Origin: Nitrospirota bacterium
Lineage (GTDB): Bacteria > Nitrospirota > Nitrospiria > Nitrospirales > Nitrospiraceae
Length of the DNA: 64,000 nt
Direction of reading: 5' to 3'
Assembly: GCA_963703955.1 (NCBI GenBank)
Contig: CAVPGK010000017.1
Coordinates: 288,001-352,000 of the forward strand
The stretch's first letter is position 1; the number at the start of each line of letters is the position of its first letter. Shown here piece after piece: positions 52,076-63,130 of the stretch. The notes beneath the pieces are model-generated. The model worked only from the letters and a program-made list of their open reading frames with translations, was not told the origin of the DNA and ran no database searches. The position numbers and the translations under genes were made by a program.

Positions 52076-53374
52076 ATGCCGGAAGTCTATAACTGGCAAC
52101 TCAGGCCGCAAGATGCTCTATCCCTACGAGGAGCGGCATCCGAAGTGGCAGTTTACGTTTGCGTTTAACATCAATCGGTGTCTCGCGTGTCAGACCTGTT
52201 CGATGGCGGACAAGTCGACCTGGCTGTTCTAGCAAGGGCCAGGAGTACATGTGGTGGAACAATGTGGAGACCAAGCCGTACGGCGGGTATCCGCAGTTCT
52301 ACGACGTGAAGATGACGCAGTCGATGGAGCAAGTGAATCCGGGCGGGCAGGTGTGGAACATGCGGGTGGGCCGCAAGCACCATGCGCCGTACGGGGTGTT
52401 CGAAGGGATGACGATCTTTCGATGCGGGGGCCAAGATCGGGCAGGCGGCGATCGGGTACATCCCGACGGACCAGGAGTGGCGGTTCGTGAACATCTACGA
52501 GGATACGGCGACCCGTATGCGGGGGCTGGTGGAGGGCAACGACAAGACGGGGTTCTCGGCGGCGATGAGCCGTGGAGGAGCCAGGGCTCCAGTTCCCTGC
52601 CGGAGCACGAGACGTTCTTCTTCTACCTGCAGCGGATTTGCAATCACTGCACGTATCCGGGGTGTTTGGCGGCGTGTCCGCGCAAGGCGATCTACAAGCG
52701 GCCGGAGGACGGGATCGTGCTGATCGACCAGAACCGGTGCCGGGGGTACAAGAAGTGTGTGGAGCAGTGCCCGTATAAGAAGCCGATGTACCGGGGCACG
52801 ACGCGGGTGAGCGAGAAGTGCATTGCGTGCTATCCGCGGGTGGAGGGCAAGGATCCGCTGACGGGCGGCGAGCCGATGGAGACGCGGTGCATGGCGGCGT
52901 GCGTGGGCAAGATTCGCATGCAGGGGCTGGAACAGATCGGCGACGATGGGCTGTGGGCGGAGGATCGGTGGCATCCGCTGTACTACGCGATTCGCGTGGA
53001 GCAGGTGGCCCTGCCGCTTGTACCCGCAGTGGGGGACGGAGCCCAACGGCTTCTACTTCCCGCCGCGGCATGCGCCGCGCGGCTATATCCGGCAGATGTT
53101 CGGGCCGGGGGTGGACAACGCGATCGAGAGGTACTGGTGCCGAGCCGGGAGTTGTTGGCGGTGCTGCAGTTGTGGCGGGCCAGCCAGCAGATCCTGTTCC
53201 GGTACGACGTGATTCCGGGGCCGAAGGTGTTTGAGACCCAGATTCACGGGCAGCGCTTTGAGATGTACAACGACACGGTGCTCGGGTTCAACAAGTCGGG
53301 CAAGGAGGTCGTGCGGCATCCAGGTCGAAGAGCCGATCTATATTCGGCCGGCCGAGCGGGTCAATTGGCTCTAA
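52076..53374 (+). CDS. nxrB: Nitrite oxidoreductase beta subunit; heavily frameshifted as given
   Basis: MPEVYNWQL, NRCLACQTC, YMWWNNVETKPYGGYP, ICNHCTYPGCLAACP, CRGYKKCVEQCPY, ...RPAERVNWL*. Confidence 0.95.
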
Positions 53375-53516
53375 CCCTGAGGCGGGGGAGGGGCGGCACC
53401 CCTCCCCCAACAGGGAAGGCAGGGTCTCCCGTCGTCCCCATCTCGCGCGCGGGCTCACGTCCGCGGGGGGAGGGCCGCGTCGGAAGGTGAACCGGCTGTC
53501 ACTCCACGCCGGTTGC

Positions 53517-53567
53517 AGAGGAGCGGGAGAGGGGTTCTGCAGGAGGAAACTCCCTACTCGCTCCTCT
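53517..53567. terminator. GC-rich stem-loop downstream of nxrB
   Basis: AGAGGAGCGGGAGAGGGGTT ... AACTCCCTACTCGCTCCTCT imperfect inverted repeat; U-tract weak. Confidence 0.45.
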
Positions 53568-53790
53568 TCTCATTTCCGAGTAGCGATCTCTTCGAGAGTT
53601 CGCACAGGCAGGCTTGAAAATCCAATTTGGCCCCACCGATTGGCTAGGCTCAGACTGCGATGAGCCTCTTCATGAGCGCTTCTGTTCGCCTTCGCGCCTC
53701 CCTCATAGCAACCGCCTTCAAACGGACTACTACAGCGAGGCTTACAACGTCGCTTGGGTTCGGCTTCATGAGGCCGGAAGACCACACGAG

Positions 53791-54918
53791 CTAATGACCG
53801 GTATAGCCGGGAAGAAATGATACGGTGATAGAAACCGCAATCAGAATAATGATGATCCACTCAAGGACTTCCATTCGTCGGGTGGCGGCCCGATCCGCCA
53901 TTTTCCCGTAGATGCTGTCGAGAGTGTCAAGTTTGCGGAGGATGCCGGCATCCCAGGCATCAAGATGAAAACGCTCGGACGCCATGCGGTGCACGCGGGC
54001 CAGGTATTGATCGCCGATCAGTTTAAGCGTGTTGGTCACACGTTCAAAGATGATGGCGCTGTCGACTTGGAGTTGCCCGATTCGACGCAGGTCGGCTTCG
54101 AGTGACCCCGGCGCTCTGAAGCGGCTTCCCATACGCTTGGAGAGCACTTCGTACGCCTGGTCCAAGGCGTCATCCAGTTGTTGGTCCAGATAGCGCATTT
54201 CCAACAGTTCGACGTTGGCGAACTCCAACACAGCCTGTACATCTTCCATGTCTCGTCCGACCATCAGTGAGGCATTCCAGTCGATGATCGTGGCATCATC
54301 CGTCCCGAATGAGATCCAACACGAAGTCGCTTCCTGGACCTGCTGTTTAGATAGACTGCCTTCTTCGGACCTGAGGAGACGTGCGATGTCCTCTGAGGAA
54401 AACAGAGCGTCAACCGGCAGATCAGCGTCAAATTTAAAGATGACGTAGTCCTCTACGTGGCTTGAGATCGTGGGTCTCTCAACGGCCATTCCGATCGCGA
54501 CCTGCAAGTCCTCTACTCGCTGTCGAGAATCAGCTAAGAGAAGGGCGTTTTCATACAGCACCCGGCTTAACGCTAGAAGGTGAGGGAAGTCGCCTTTGAA
54601 AGGGATGCTGTACATGACGGAGACTGCGCCGAAATCGTAGACCACCACGTCAACGCTCGCACTGGTCCGAAAATCGGAGAGCGTTAACGACTCGACCCCC
54701 TGGGTCACGCGCAACGGAGCAGGCCGATAGTCGAAGTAGTTCGGGGCGCGGCGCTTATGGTGGATGCGACTTCGTTGCTTCGTCGCAGTGATATGACGTT
54801 CAGCCTCATCCAAATTGATTGAAAGGCCGATGTCGTACGCAAACAAGGCATGACACAATCCCGTCGTCACGCTCTGCATCGAAGTGCGCTCCATGGCTCC
54901 TGTTTCGAAGCGGATCAT
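53791..54918 (-). CDS. RMD1/YagE (DUF155)-like protein with C-terminal TM
   Basis: YDFGAVSV, LEFANVELLEMRYLD..LD, GDQYLARV, RRMEVLEWIIIILIAV; start uncertain. Confidence 0.78.
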   Translation of the reverse strand: MIRFETGAMERTSMQSVTTGLCHALFAYDIGLSINLDEAERHITATKQRSRIHHKRRAPNYFDYRPAPLRVTQGVESLTLSDFRTSASVDVVVYDFGAVSVMYSIPFKGDFPHLLALSRVLYENALLLADSRQRVEDLQVAIGMAVERPTISSHVEDYVIFKFDADLPVDALFSSEDIARLLRSEEGSLSKQQVQEATSCWISFGTDDATIIDWNASLMVGRDMEDVQAVLEFANVELLEMRYLDQQLDDALDQAYEVLSKRMGSRFRAPGSLEADLRRIGQLQVDSAIIFERVTNTLKLIGDQYLARVHRMASERFHLDAWDAGILRKLDTLDSIYGKMADRAATRRMEVLEWIIIILIAVSITVSFLPGYTGH

Positions 54919-54998
54919 CGTGGTTCATGATATGGGTTGAGTGACGGCCGAGACGTTTTGATCAAAATCCTTTTGAGATTGAGTGAGACGGAAGAATG

Positions 54999-55015
54999 TA
55001 TGACTTCAATGTTAT
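54999..55015 (-). promoter_or_regulatory. Candidate pho box upstream of the RMD1-like gene
   Basis: Minus strand ATAACA-N5-GTCATA (11-bp period). Confidence 0.45.
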
Positions 55016-55364
55016 AGACGCCTAATCTCACTCAGTACGCAAAGATCGTCATAAGGCTCATTACGATAAATTAGATTCGGGACCGCGACCGACCATCTCT
55101 ACATAGCTCGCTCGATACGCTCCTGGGCAGTTCTACCGGTGACTGTGATCCCTTCCCCCTACTGAGCCCTCAAGGCAAATCAAAAAACCGGCGGTGAGCA
55201 TTACTGGCCCTGATCTTCATACCCCTCCGGCAAGAATCGGTTGATGTGGAGGAACGCCACCTTTCGATCACCCAACGCCGCTTGAACCTGTGCACGAACA
55301 TGTGATGCATGCCGCTTGCGATCGGTCGCTACCGTACCTGCGGCGGCCCTGACATTGCAAGGGA

Positions 55365-56817
55365 TTATTGGCTTGTCGAGCGGTAGACAGAAAAGGTGTG
55401 CTCGAAGCGAATCGTTCCTTCGCCGTCGACAATGGCCAGGTGCAACGTGAGGTCAGTCACCGTGACCGTGCCGAAGTTGGAAAAGCCCCCTCGCTGTACA
55501 AGGTGGTCGGTTTCAGATCAGGGGTGGGCGGGACCGGTTGGCCATACGCGGCGGAAAGAGGTCCGCAGATGAACTCATGGAAGTCGGTGACGCCGTCTCC
55601 ATCCGGATCGTACGCGTTGACCTGCGCGTAATGCACATCCCCCGCTAACCAGATCACATTCCGAATACGACGCTCCAGGATTCTGTTCACGATCACCCCG
55701 AGCTCGCTGCGAAATCCCGTGCCGTCCTTGCCACGGGCCCAGCTATCGTTACCGGGAACCAGAAGCGTTCCACTTTTCTCATTCGAGAGCGGCACGCTGG
55801 TCACGATGACCTTCCACGTCGCTGTTGAGTGAGTCAATCCTTCCAGCAGCCAGTCTCGCTGCGCTGATCCCAGCATCGTCTTGTGAGGGCCGTCTTTTTC
55901 CGCATTGGCGCTCCGATACTGCCGGGTATCGAGCAGGAACACTTCGAGATTTTGGCCGCGCCGGAACTTCCGATAGAGGCGGAACGGCTCCTCCGGGGGC
56001 GTTCTGATCGGCCAATATTCAAGCAGGGCCTGGCGCCCGGCGGCCATCAACGGTTCATGGGGGCCGGAGAAATTATTCCGCACCTCATGGTCATCCCACA
56101 TGGCATAGACGGGAACTGCGGCCAAGAACCGTTGGAGCGAGGGATCCTCTCGCTGATAGCGGTGCTTGGCCCGATACCCATCCAGCGAGGAGGCAATAAA
56201 ATCACTGCCGAACAGATTGGGGGGCGAGGGACACCGATTATCGCCATAGATCAGATCTCCTAGCAGCACCGCAAACGACGGGGCTCGACGAAGCATGCGA
56301 TCAAAGATCGCATACCCGGAGGCCGGACGACGACATCGTTCTTGTCCCCCAAGATCGCCGCTCCAGAGAAAGGTTTGAACCTCGGATCGGTCATCCGGCG
56401 GCGCAGTAACAAATCGACCGCTCGCAGATTCGATCGGAAGGAGGTTGCGGACATCATCAGCACCTGTGAGGATCCGATACTGGTAGCTGGTCCCGGGAGT
56501 CAGTCCTTCTACAGCAACCGTCGCGGTGAAGTCCTGTTCCTTCGCCGTGCGCACAATCGTCGATCGAGAGGCTTCGCCACCTTCTCCAACCCATTCGACT
56601 TGAGCCGTTGATGGCCCGGCCGTGCGAAACCAGACGGAGGTGGACTGGCTGGTCACATCACCTGTCGCGACACCATGGAGAATGACCCTGTCGCCCGGAC
56701 TCCTTCAGTTGCGAAGGGACTGCCGGGGGGAAGACCTGGTTTGGAAGTGGGCGTGCAGTGTGTCAGAGCGACGGCAAGAAGAATGATCGAAGGCCACTGA
56801 CAGATTCGGATTCGCAT
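55365..56817 (-). CDS. phoD: Alkaline phosphatase D (PhoD) lipoprotein; frameshifts near both ends
   Basis: MRIRICQW...ALTHC lipobox, HGVATGDVT, LGDLIYGD, WDDHEVRNN, LDTRQYR, GDVHYA; G-run frameshift at about 55490. Confidence 0.9.
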
Positions 56818-57401
56818 CTGTGGCCTTTTCCTTACCGGAAGGGAAAGGGTTCCGTCAAGTCGGTGCGATCAGATATATCTCCGTTCTGTGGCACTTGCAT
56901 CTGTATGATGCGGAAACGAGCGTTTCAGTCCAATCGTGCAATGTCAAACATGACATCATGTTTGACTATAAAGTCAAGTGTTGATGTCCTTGGAAGGACA
57001 TGCCTGTCTCATTCCTCCGAGGGGGCAGTTAACCAGAAAGGCGCCGAGCGGTTGTGCATTGATTGCGTGCCGATTTATGCATGGGATCTCCTCGTGCGTC
57101 CAGATTTGCTTCAGCTGGCTTATTAGGTCGCGTCCATAATCGGGTGCAGGAGACGAGGACGCATAGCAAACCCTAATTCCAGGACTCCGTGCACATATAC
57201 ACGTTCTGGATCCACGGAGACTGTCGCCGTATGACCGCAGCGTGGCCGTTCCAACAGGTCACCCGGCAGGATGCTCGTGACGGTCCATGGCCGCTCGCTT
57301 GTCAGAAAGGAGAACGCTATGATAAGAGGACTAGAGAGAAGTAGTGAATTGCGAATCTTTTCCAATGCTAAGGCTGTTCCCCTTCGCGTCTTGAGGGAAA
57401 A

Positions 57402-57968
57402 GTGAAGTGGCCCGCTAGGCTTACTCGTAGTTCCTACACTGCCTTCCTAACTCTGTCGATGGCGGCATGTGCCAACCCGATGTTCCCTTCTGCCGCAATC
57501 AAGGATCTGGACCCCAATGTGCAAATGGGAATCTTTGACTCAGAAGCCGACGTCTACTTCAAAGGCCATTTGGCTCAGGTAGGCGGACGGATCCTTGCTG
57601 TTGAACAGGTGAAAGATTTTGAAATGGCGCACGAAGGAATGTTAGTGAAGGCGGCTGAGTTGCCGCTCAACGAGGAACGGACGGGCGTTATCGAGGACGG
57701 CAAATCAGGGGGCTGGTTTTTCTTTTCGTATCGTGGCCAGATAGACCCGACGGGGCTCCAGCATGGAAATAAGTTTATCCTGCTTGGGTTTATGGAAGGA
57801 AACCAAAGAATTGCCGTCCAGGGGGTTGAACGGGATGCTCCCTATTTGATTGCCCGGTGCCTGTATGTCTGGGAAACCGGCCGCTATCGTATCGTGGAAT
57901 TCCCCAATTTGCCTGACGGATATCAGCCATTGAAACGGCAAACGTACTGTCTGCCGTCGTTCAGATAA
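57402..57968 (+). CDS. Slp-family outer-membrane lipoprotein
   Basis: Lipobox MAAC; GGRILAV, ELPL, G.F, IDP, PYL.....WE pattern. Confidence 0.72.
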   Translation: MKWPARLTRSSYTAFLTLSMAACANPMFPSAAIKDLDPNVQMGIFDSEADVYFKGHLAQVGGRILAVEQVKDFEMAHEGMLVKAAELPLNEERTGVIEDGKSGGWFFFSYRGQIDPTGLQHGNKFILLGFMEGNQRIAVQGVERDAPYLIARCLYVWETGRYRIVEFPNLPDGYQPLKRQTYCLPSFR

Positions 57969-57998
57969 CGCAACACAGGAGATGTATTTGATCGGTGT

Positions 57999-60197
57999 TT
58001 ATGCTCGCCTGACGCTGCGCGAAGTGGATACGGGTCCTGTGACCCGCGGGATCGCCGTCTGCTCGATCCTTACCTGCTTCCACCGGTTCAAAAACCATTC
58101 CTGAGAATCAATGGCTGGGCCGTCAGGCGGGGTTTGCACGCGTTCATAAGTTCCATCTGAGCGCAGACGCCTCGCGCGCACGTTATCTTGCAATGCGATG
58201 CCTAAAATGTCGTTGATGATCAGTTCGCGCCATCGCGCATGCTGCACGGGAAAGAGCACTTCAACCCGGCGGTCAAGGTTACGCGGCATGAGATCGGCGC
58301 TTCCCAGCAAGACCTCCTCCTGCCCGCCATTGCGAAAGTAGTAAACCCGCGCATGTTCCAAGAAACGGCCCACGATGGACGTGACGGTGATCGTCTCGCT
58401 CACCCCGGGCACACCTGGGCGCAAACAGCAGATCCCACGGATCTGCAGATCGATTCTGACGCCCGCTTGCGAAGCCCGATACAAAGCCTGAATACAGGGC
58501 TTATCGACCAAGGCGTTCATTTTGAAAGACAAATATCCATCACCCTGTTGACGGTGGCAGTCAATTTCGCGCTCAATGCGACTCAGAATTTGCTGACGCA
58601 ATGCGACAGGAGCCACCAGCAATTTGCGATAGGCGCTGTGGCGTGAGTACCCTGTCAGCGCATTGAATAAGTCTGAAACATCGGCGCCGACCGCGGAGTC
58701 GCAAGTAAAATAACTTAAGTCGGTATAGATTCGACTCGTGATCACGTTGTAATTGCCGGTGCCGAGATGGATGTAGCGACGGATGCCGTCAGGGTCTCGC
58801 CGGACGACCAGACAGACTTTCGCATGAGTTTTCAGTCCCAAGACTCCATACACCACATGCACTCCCTCATCTTCAAGCGCTCGGGCCCATGCGATGTTGT
58901 TTTCTTCATCAAAGCGGGCCTTGAGCTCGACCACCACAGCCACCTGCTTGCCGTTGACGCGCGCTTCCATTAAGGCATCGACGATGGGAGATTTCGGGTT
59001 GACCCGATACAGCGTCTGTTTGATCGCAAGGACGTTCGGATCATTCGCAGCCTCACGCACGAAGTCGACGACCGGTATGAAGCTGTCGTACGGATGATAC
59101 AGCAGATGGTCTTCCTGCCGGATGGCGTCGAACAGACCGCGTGGCGTGCTGAGCTGATCCGGAACGGTGGGCTGAAAAGGAGGATCTTTCAGATCCGGAC
59201 GATCTATCCGGGTTAGTTCCATGACGCTGGCTATTCCGATCGCTCCATCGATCGTGTAGACCTGGTGCGGAGCCAAATTCAAGTTCCGCGCGAGGATCGC
59301 CCGCAGATAGTCAGGCATGGTGCCATCGACCTCCAGGCGAACCGTCGATCCGAAGTGACGCAAATCGACCTGCTCCTCCACGGCTGTGATGAGATCCGAT
59401 GCTTCGTCTTCTTCAATGGCGAGGTCAGCATCTCGCGTCACCCGAAAGGGATGGGATGCGATGACGTCCACTCCGGGAAAGAGTCGTTCCAAATTCGCTG
59501 CGACGATCTCTTCGCACCAGACAAAACGCTGAATCCTACGACCCGTTATCCCCTGTCGGTCCTCGACCCCATTTTCGTCATCGGGAACCGGAATAAGACG
59601 TGGAAAGCTATCAGGCAACTTGACCCGGGCGAAGCAATCCCCCCGCTGGCAATCTTTCACGATCACCGCCAAATTGAAGCTCAGATTGGAAATATGTGGA
59701 AACGGATGGGCAGGATCGAAAGCCATCGGGGTCAATGTCGGAAACATTTCTTGCAGGAAGTACGGGCGCAGGCGATCCCGCTGGGATTGCTCCAAATCGG
59801 CATAGTGCAGAATATGGATGCCGGCATCGCGCAACTTGGGCAGCACATCCTGACTCCAGCAGGCACTGTGGCGGGCCAGTTGAGCGGTCAGCTCTTGGCG
59901 GATCGCCAACACCTGATCAGACGGCGTCATGCCGTCGGGCGGTGCTTCGCCGCTTCCGCCGGCGACTTGGCGGCTCAGGCCGGATACGCGGATCATGAAG
60001 AATTCATCGAGGTTCGTGGCGAAGATGGCGAGGAATTTGACCCGTTCCAATAGCGGGTGCCGCTGATCCTCGGCTTCCTCTAGGACACGGAGGTTGAACT
60101 GTAACCAACTGAGTTCCCGATTCAGGAACAGATGCCGACTATCGAGATCCGCCACGGGCTCAGCTACCGGCTTGAGAGGCTCTCCTGAAACGATCAC
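57999..60197 (-). CDS. ppk1: Polyphosphate kinase 1
   Basis: NRELSWL.FN.RVL, HPFPHISN, YHPYDSF, ELKARFDE, KTHAK, GTGNYN, GRFLEH, SADLMPRNL. Confidence 0.97.
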   Translation of the reverse strand: MIVSGEPLKPVAEPVADLDSRHLFLNRELSWLQFNLRVLEEAEDQRHPLLERVKFLAIFATNLDEFFMIRVSGLSRQVAGGSGEAPPDGMTPSDQVLAIRQELTAQLARHSACWSQDVLPKLRDAGIHILHYADLEQSQRDRLRPYFLQEMFPTLTPMAFDPAHPFPHISNLSFNLAVIVKDCQRGDCFARVKLPDSFPRLIPVPDDENGVEDRQGITGRRIQRFVWCEEIVAANLERLFPGVDVIASHPFRVTRDADLAIEEDEASDLITAVEEQVDLRHFGSTVRLEVDGTMPDYLRAILARNLNLAPHQVYTIDGAIGIASVMELTRIDRPDLKDPPFQPTVPDQLSTPRGLFDAIRQEDHLLYHPYDSFIPVVDFVREAANDPNVLAIKQTLYRVNPKSPIVDALMEARVNGKQVAVVVELKARFDEENNIAWARALEDEGVHVVYGVLGLKTHAKVCLVVRRDPDGIRRYIHLGTGNYNVITSRIYTDLSYFTCDSAVGADVSDLFNALTGYSRHSAYRKLLVAPVALRQQILSRIEREIDCHRQQGDGYLSFKMNALVDKPCIQALYRASQAGVRIDLQIRGICCLRPGVPGVSETITVTSIVGRFLEHARVYYFRNGGQEEVLLGSADLMPRNLDRRVEVLFPVQHARWRELIINDILGIALQDNVRARRLRSDGTYERVQTPPDGPAIDSQEWFLNRWKQVRIEQTAIPRVTGPVSTSRSVRRA

Positions 60198-60213
60198 GTG
60201 TGGTCCTCCGCCT

Positions 60214-61179
60214 TCAACCCAACCAGCCCTTCCTCTTGAAATACCAATAGGGTGCGATGCTGGCGATGACCATGAGAAGAAGCGCCAGCGGATAGCCGAA
60301 GGTCCACTTTAGTTCCGGCATAAAGTCAAAGTTCATGCCGTAGATGCTGGCGACCAGCGTCGGCGGCAGGAACACGACGGCGGCGATGGAGAAAATCTTG
60401 ATGATCTTATTTTGCCCCAGTGTGATCATGCCGAGCAAGGCATCCATCAAGAAGTTGATCTTATCGAACAGGAACGCCGTATGTCCGTTTAACGACTCCA
60501 TGTCGCGGAGGATTTCCCGCACATCCTGGGTCTGAGCCGGTGACAACGTTCGAGTCCGCAGCAAAAACGACAGCGCGCGCCGGTTGTCCATTAAATCCAG
60601 TCGGACCTTTCCATTGAGGTCCTCTTGGCCGGCAATGCGCTCCAGGTTCTGTCGCATCACCTGGTCCGTGATGTCTTCATCCCTGTTCAAGACCAAGGTG
60701 CTCACCTCATCCAGGATTCTATAGATCTCTTCCAAGACATCGGCATCCTGCTCCGCGGCCAGCGTGTAACACCACAGCACAATATCGACGGCATCGTCAA
60801 CCATCCCGGTCATCGCACGGGATCTCATCCTGAACAGCCGCAAGACGGCCAAATCTTCATCGTGGATCGTGAGAAGGCGTCCTTCGTGAAGCGTGAATGA
60901 GAGCGTGACGTTGGACGCGGCTTCCGCACTACTTTGCAAGAATGTGGACTGCAGATGAATGCCCCATTCGTCTTGATAATAGCGCGCGCTGGCTTCCAGA
61001 TCCTTCAATTCGTCATCGTCCGGCAACTCCAACCGAAATACAGACTGGACGAGCGTCCGCTCCTCTTCCGTGGGCAACTCAAGGTCGATCCAAATGGTGT
61101 CCTTTCGCGTCAAATCGTCTTGAGAATCCACGCGGATTTGCATCAGCCTTCCGTCGTTCAATGTAAACGCGGTCAACAT
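60214..61179 (-). CDS. corA: Mg2+/Co2+ transporter CorA
   Basis: LEASARYY, FLPPTLVASIYGMNF..MPEL.W..GYP, FKRKGWL; GGAG RBS before MLTAF. Confidence 0.95.
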   Translation of the reverse strand: MLTAFTLNDGRLMQIRVDSQDDLTRKDTIWIDLELPTEEERTLVQSVFRLELPDDDELKDLEASARYYQDEWGIHLQSTFLQSSAEAASNVTLSFTLHEGRLLTIHDEDLAVLRLFRMRSRAMTGMVDDAVDIVLWCYTLAAEQDADVLEEIYRILDEVSTLVLNRDEDITDQVMRQNLERIAGQEDLNGKVRLDLMDNRRALSFLLRTRTLSPAQTQDVREILRDMESLNGHTAFLFDKINFLMDALLGMITLGQNKIIKIFSIAAVVFLPPTLVASIYGMNFDFMPELKWTFGYPLALLLMVIASIAPYWYFKRKGWLG

Positions 61180-61311
61180 CATCACTCCATGGCTGTCAGA
61201 TGCACCTAGCCACGACGTCGCGAATGAATAATCACGTTTAGACAGGATTGCGCCTGCCTCGTCTCTCATTGCTGTTCAGCAGCCTAAGCGGCGCGAGTCT
61301 GATTCCTGCGA

Positions 61312-61328
61312 GGTTATGGTGGCGTTAC
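61312..61328 (-). promoter_or_regulatory. Candidate pho box upstream of corA-ppk1
   Basis: Minus strand GTAACG-N5-ATAACC (11-bp period). Confidence 0.4.
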
Positions 61329-61448
61329 ATCTCTGTTCCCCCAGGTGCGTCCAGAGAAAAGCAAGAGAACAGTATCATATGCACCTTTCGGTTGAGATAG
61401 CGCATCATACTCCTTTATAGTGCGTATCCCTGCCGTTTGATCTGCATG

Positions 61449-61480
61449 TTAACACGCCTGTAACATGCCTCCTGTATAAA
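61449..61480 (+). promoter_or_regulatory. Candidate pho box plus -10 element upstream of pit
   Basis: TTAACACGCCT GTAACATGCCT 11-bp tandem repeat followed by TATAAA at 61475. Confidence 0.65.
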
Positions 61481-61540
61481 GGAAGCTTTGCAGCGGCATG
61501 TGATCGGCACCTTTCCATTGTATCTATTCTAAGAGGAAAC

Positions 61541-63130
61541 ATGAATCAGGACCACGTACTCACACCTCGCATGATTTCAAACGGCACCCGCACATCCTTC
61601 TCGATGCTCTTTATTCTCGTGTTGAGCATCGGAATCCTGTACGCCGGCAGTGAACTCCTGAAAGATCTGGCTAACGTGCGTCTCACTTCAACGTGGCCGT
61701 ATGTCCTTCTGGGAGTGGCGCTCCTCATTGCGCTCGGATTTGAATTTGTGAATGGCTTTCACGATACGGCGAACGCGGTTGCGACCGTCATCTACACCAA
61801 TTCATTGAAGCCCTATCCCGCCGTCATCTGGTCAGGCGTCTGGAACCTGATTGGTGTGTTGGTCTCCACCGGAGCCGTCGCTTTTGGAATTATCGCCCTG
61901 CTTCCCGTGGAACTGATTCTCCAGGTGGGCAGCCGTGCGGGCTTTGCCATGGTCTTTGCATTGCTCTTCGCAGCCATCATTTGGAATCTCGGCACCTGGT
62001 ACCTCGGTTTGCCCTCGTCAAGCTCCCACACGCTGATCGGATCGATCGTTGGGGTGGGGTTGATGAACCAGATCCTGCAGGGGGACGCCAACACCAGTGG
62101 CGTCGACTGGAGTCAAACGGCGAAAGTGGGGTATTCTCTCCTGCTCTCACCATTGATTGGGTTTGGTTGCGCCGCGCTGCTGTTGCTGGTTGCCAAGATC
62201 ATTCTCACAAACCCTTCCCTTTATCAAACACCGAAGAACGACGAGCCCCCACCGCTCTGGATCCGCGGACTGCTTATCCTGACATGCACGGGTGTGAGTT
62301 TTGCCCATGGCTCCAACGACGGCCAAAAGGGTATGGGCCTCATCATGTTGATCCTCATCGGCACGGTGCCGACGGCCTACGCGCTCAACCGTGCAATGCC
62401 GCCTTCCCTAACGGAGAGTTTTGTGACGATCTCCCGCGACGCTTCCCAGGTACTTGGCAAGCATGTAGACGGCACGGAGTCAAAGACACTCAACCCACGT
62501 CAGGAGGTGGGACAGTTCCTGAAAACCCGTCGCCCGAGCCAGACGACAATGGGCAGTCTGAGCATGCTCACCGAGGAAATTTCTCAAGAGGTTTCTCGTT
62601 ACGGTTCATATGCCAAGATGCCCGACGACCTGGTAGGTAATATTCGAAACGACATGTACATGGTTTCCGAATCGCTCCGACACCTAGCCAAACTTAGTAC
62701 CCCGGCGTTCAGCGTACAAGAGAAAGACGTCCTGAAGCGGTATAAATCCGAGCTTGATCATGCGACCAAATACATCCCGGCATGGGTCAAGGTTGCCGTT
62801 GCGATCGCACTGGGGTTAGGCACGATGGTTGGCTGGAAGCGTATAGTCGTGACCGTGGGTGAACGAATCGGCAAGACCCATTTGACCTATGCCCAAGGCG
62901 CGTCCGCCGAATCGGTCGCGATGGCCACCATTAGCGCGGCGGATGCGTTCGGTCTTCCGGTCAGTACAACCCAGGTCTTGTCGTCGGGGGTAGCTGGGAC
63001 CATGGCCGCGAACCGGTCCGGCCTCCAGTGGAGTACGGTTCGCAACATCCTCATGGCGTGGGTGTTGACGTTGCCCATGTCCATTGCGCTGGCGGGGGGA
63101 CTCTATTGGTTCTTTCGACTCATGTTGTGA
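61541..63130 (+). CDS. pitA: Inorganic phosphate transporter (PiT family)
   Basis: NGFHDTANAVAT, PSSSSH, HGSNDGQKGMG, GLPVSTT signature motifs. Confidence 0.95.
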   Translation: MNQDHVLTPRMISNGTRTSFSMLFILVLSIGILYAGSELLKDLANVRLTSTWPYVLLGVALLIALGFEFVNGFHDTANAVATVIYTNSLKPYPAVIWSGVWNLIGVLVSTGAVAFGIIALLPVELILQVGSRAGFAMVFALLFAAIIWNLGTWYLGLPSSSSHTLIGSIVGVGLMNQILQGDANTSGVDWSQTAKVGYSLLLSPLIGFGCAALLLLVAKIILTNPSLYQTPKNDEPPPLWIRGLLILTCTGVSFAHGSNDGQKGMGLIMLILIGTVPTAYALNRAMPPSLTESFVTISRDASQVLGKHVDGTESKTLNPRQEVGQFLKTRRPSQTTMGSLSMLTEEISQEVSRYGSYAKMPDDLVGNIRNDMYMVSESLRHLAKLSTPAFSVQEKDVLKRYKSELDHATKYIPAWVKVAVAIALGLGTMVGWKRIVVTVGERIGKTHLTYAQGASAESVAMATISAADAFGLPVSTTQVLSSGVAGTMAANRSGLQWSTVRNILMAWVLTLPMSIALAGGLYWFFRLML

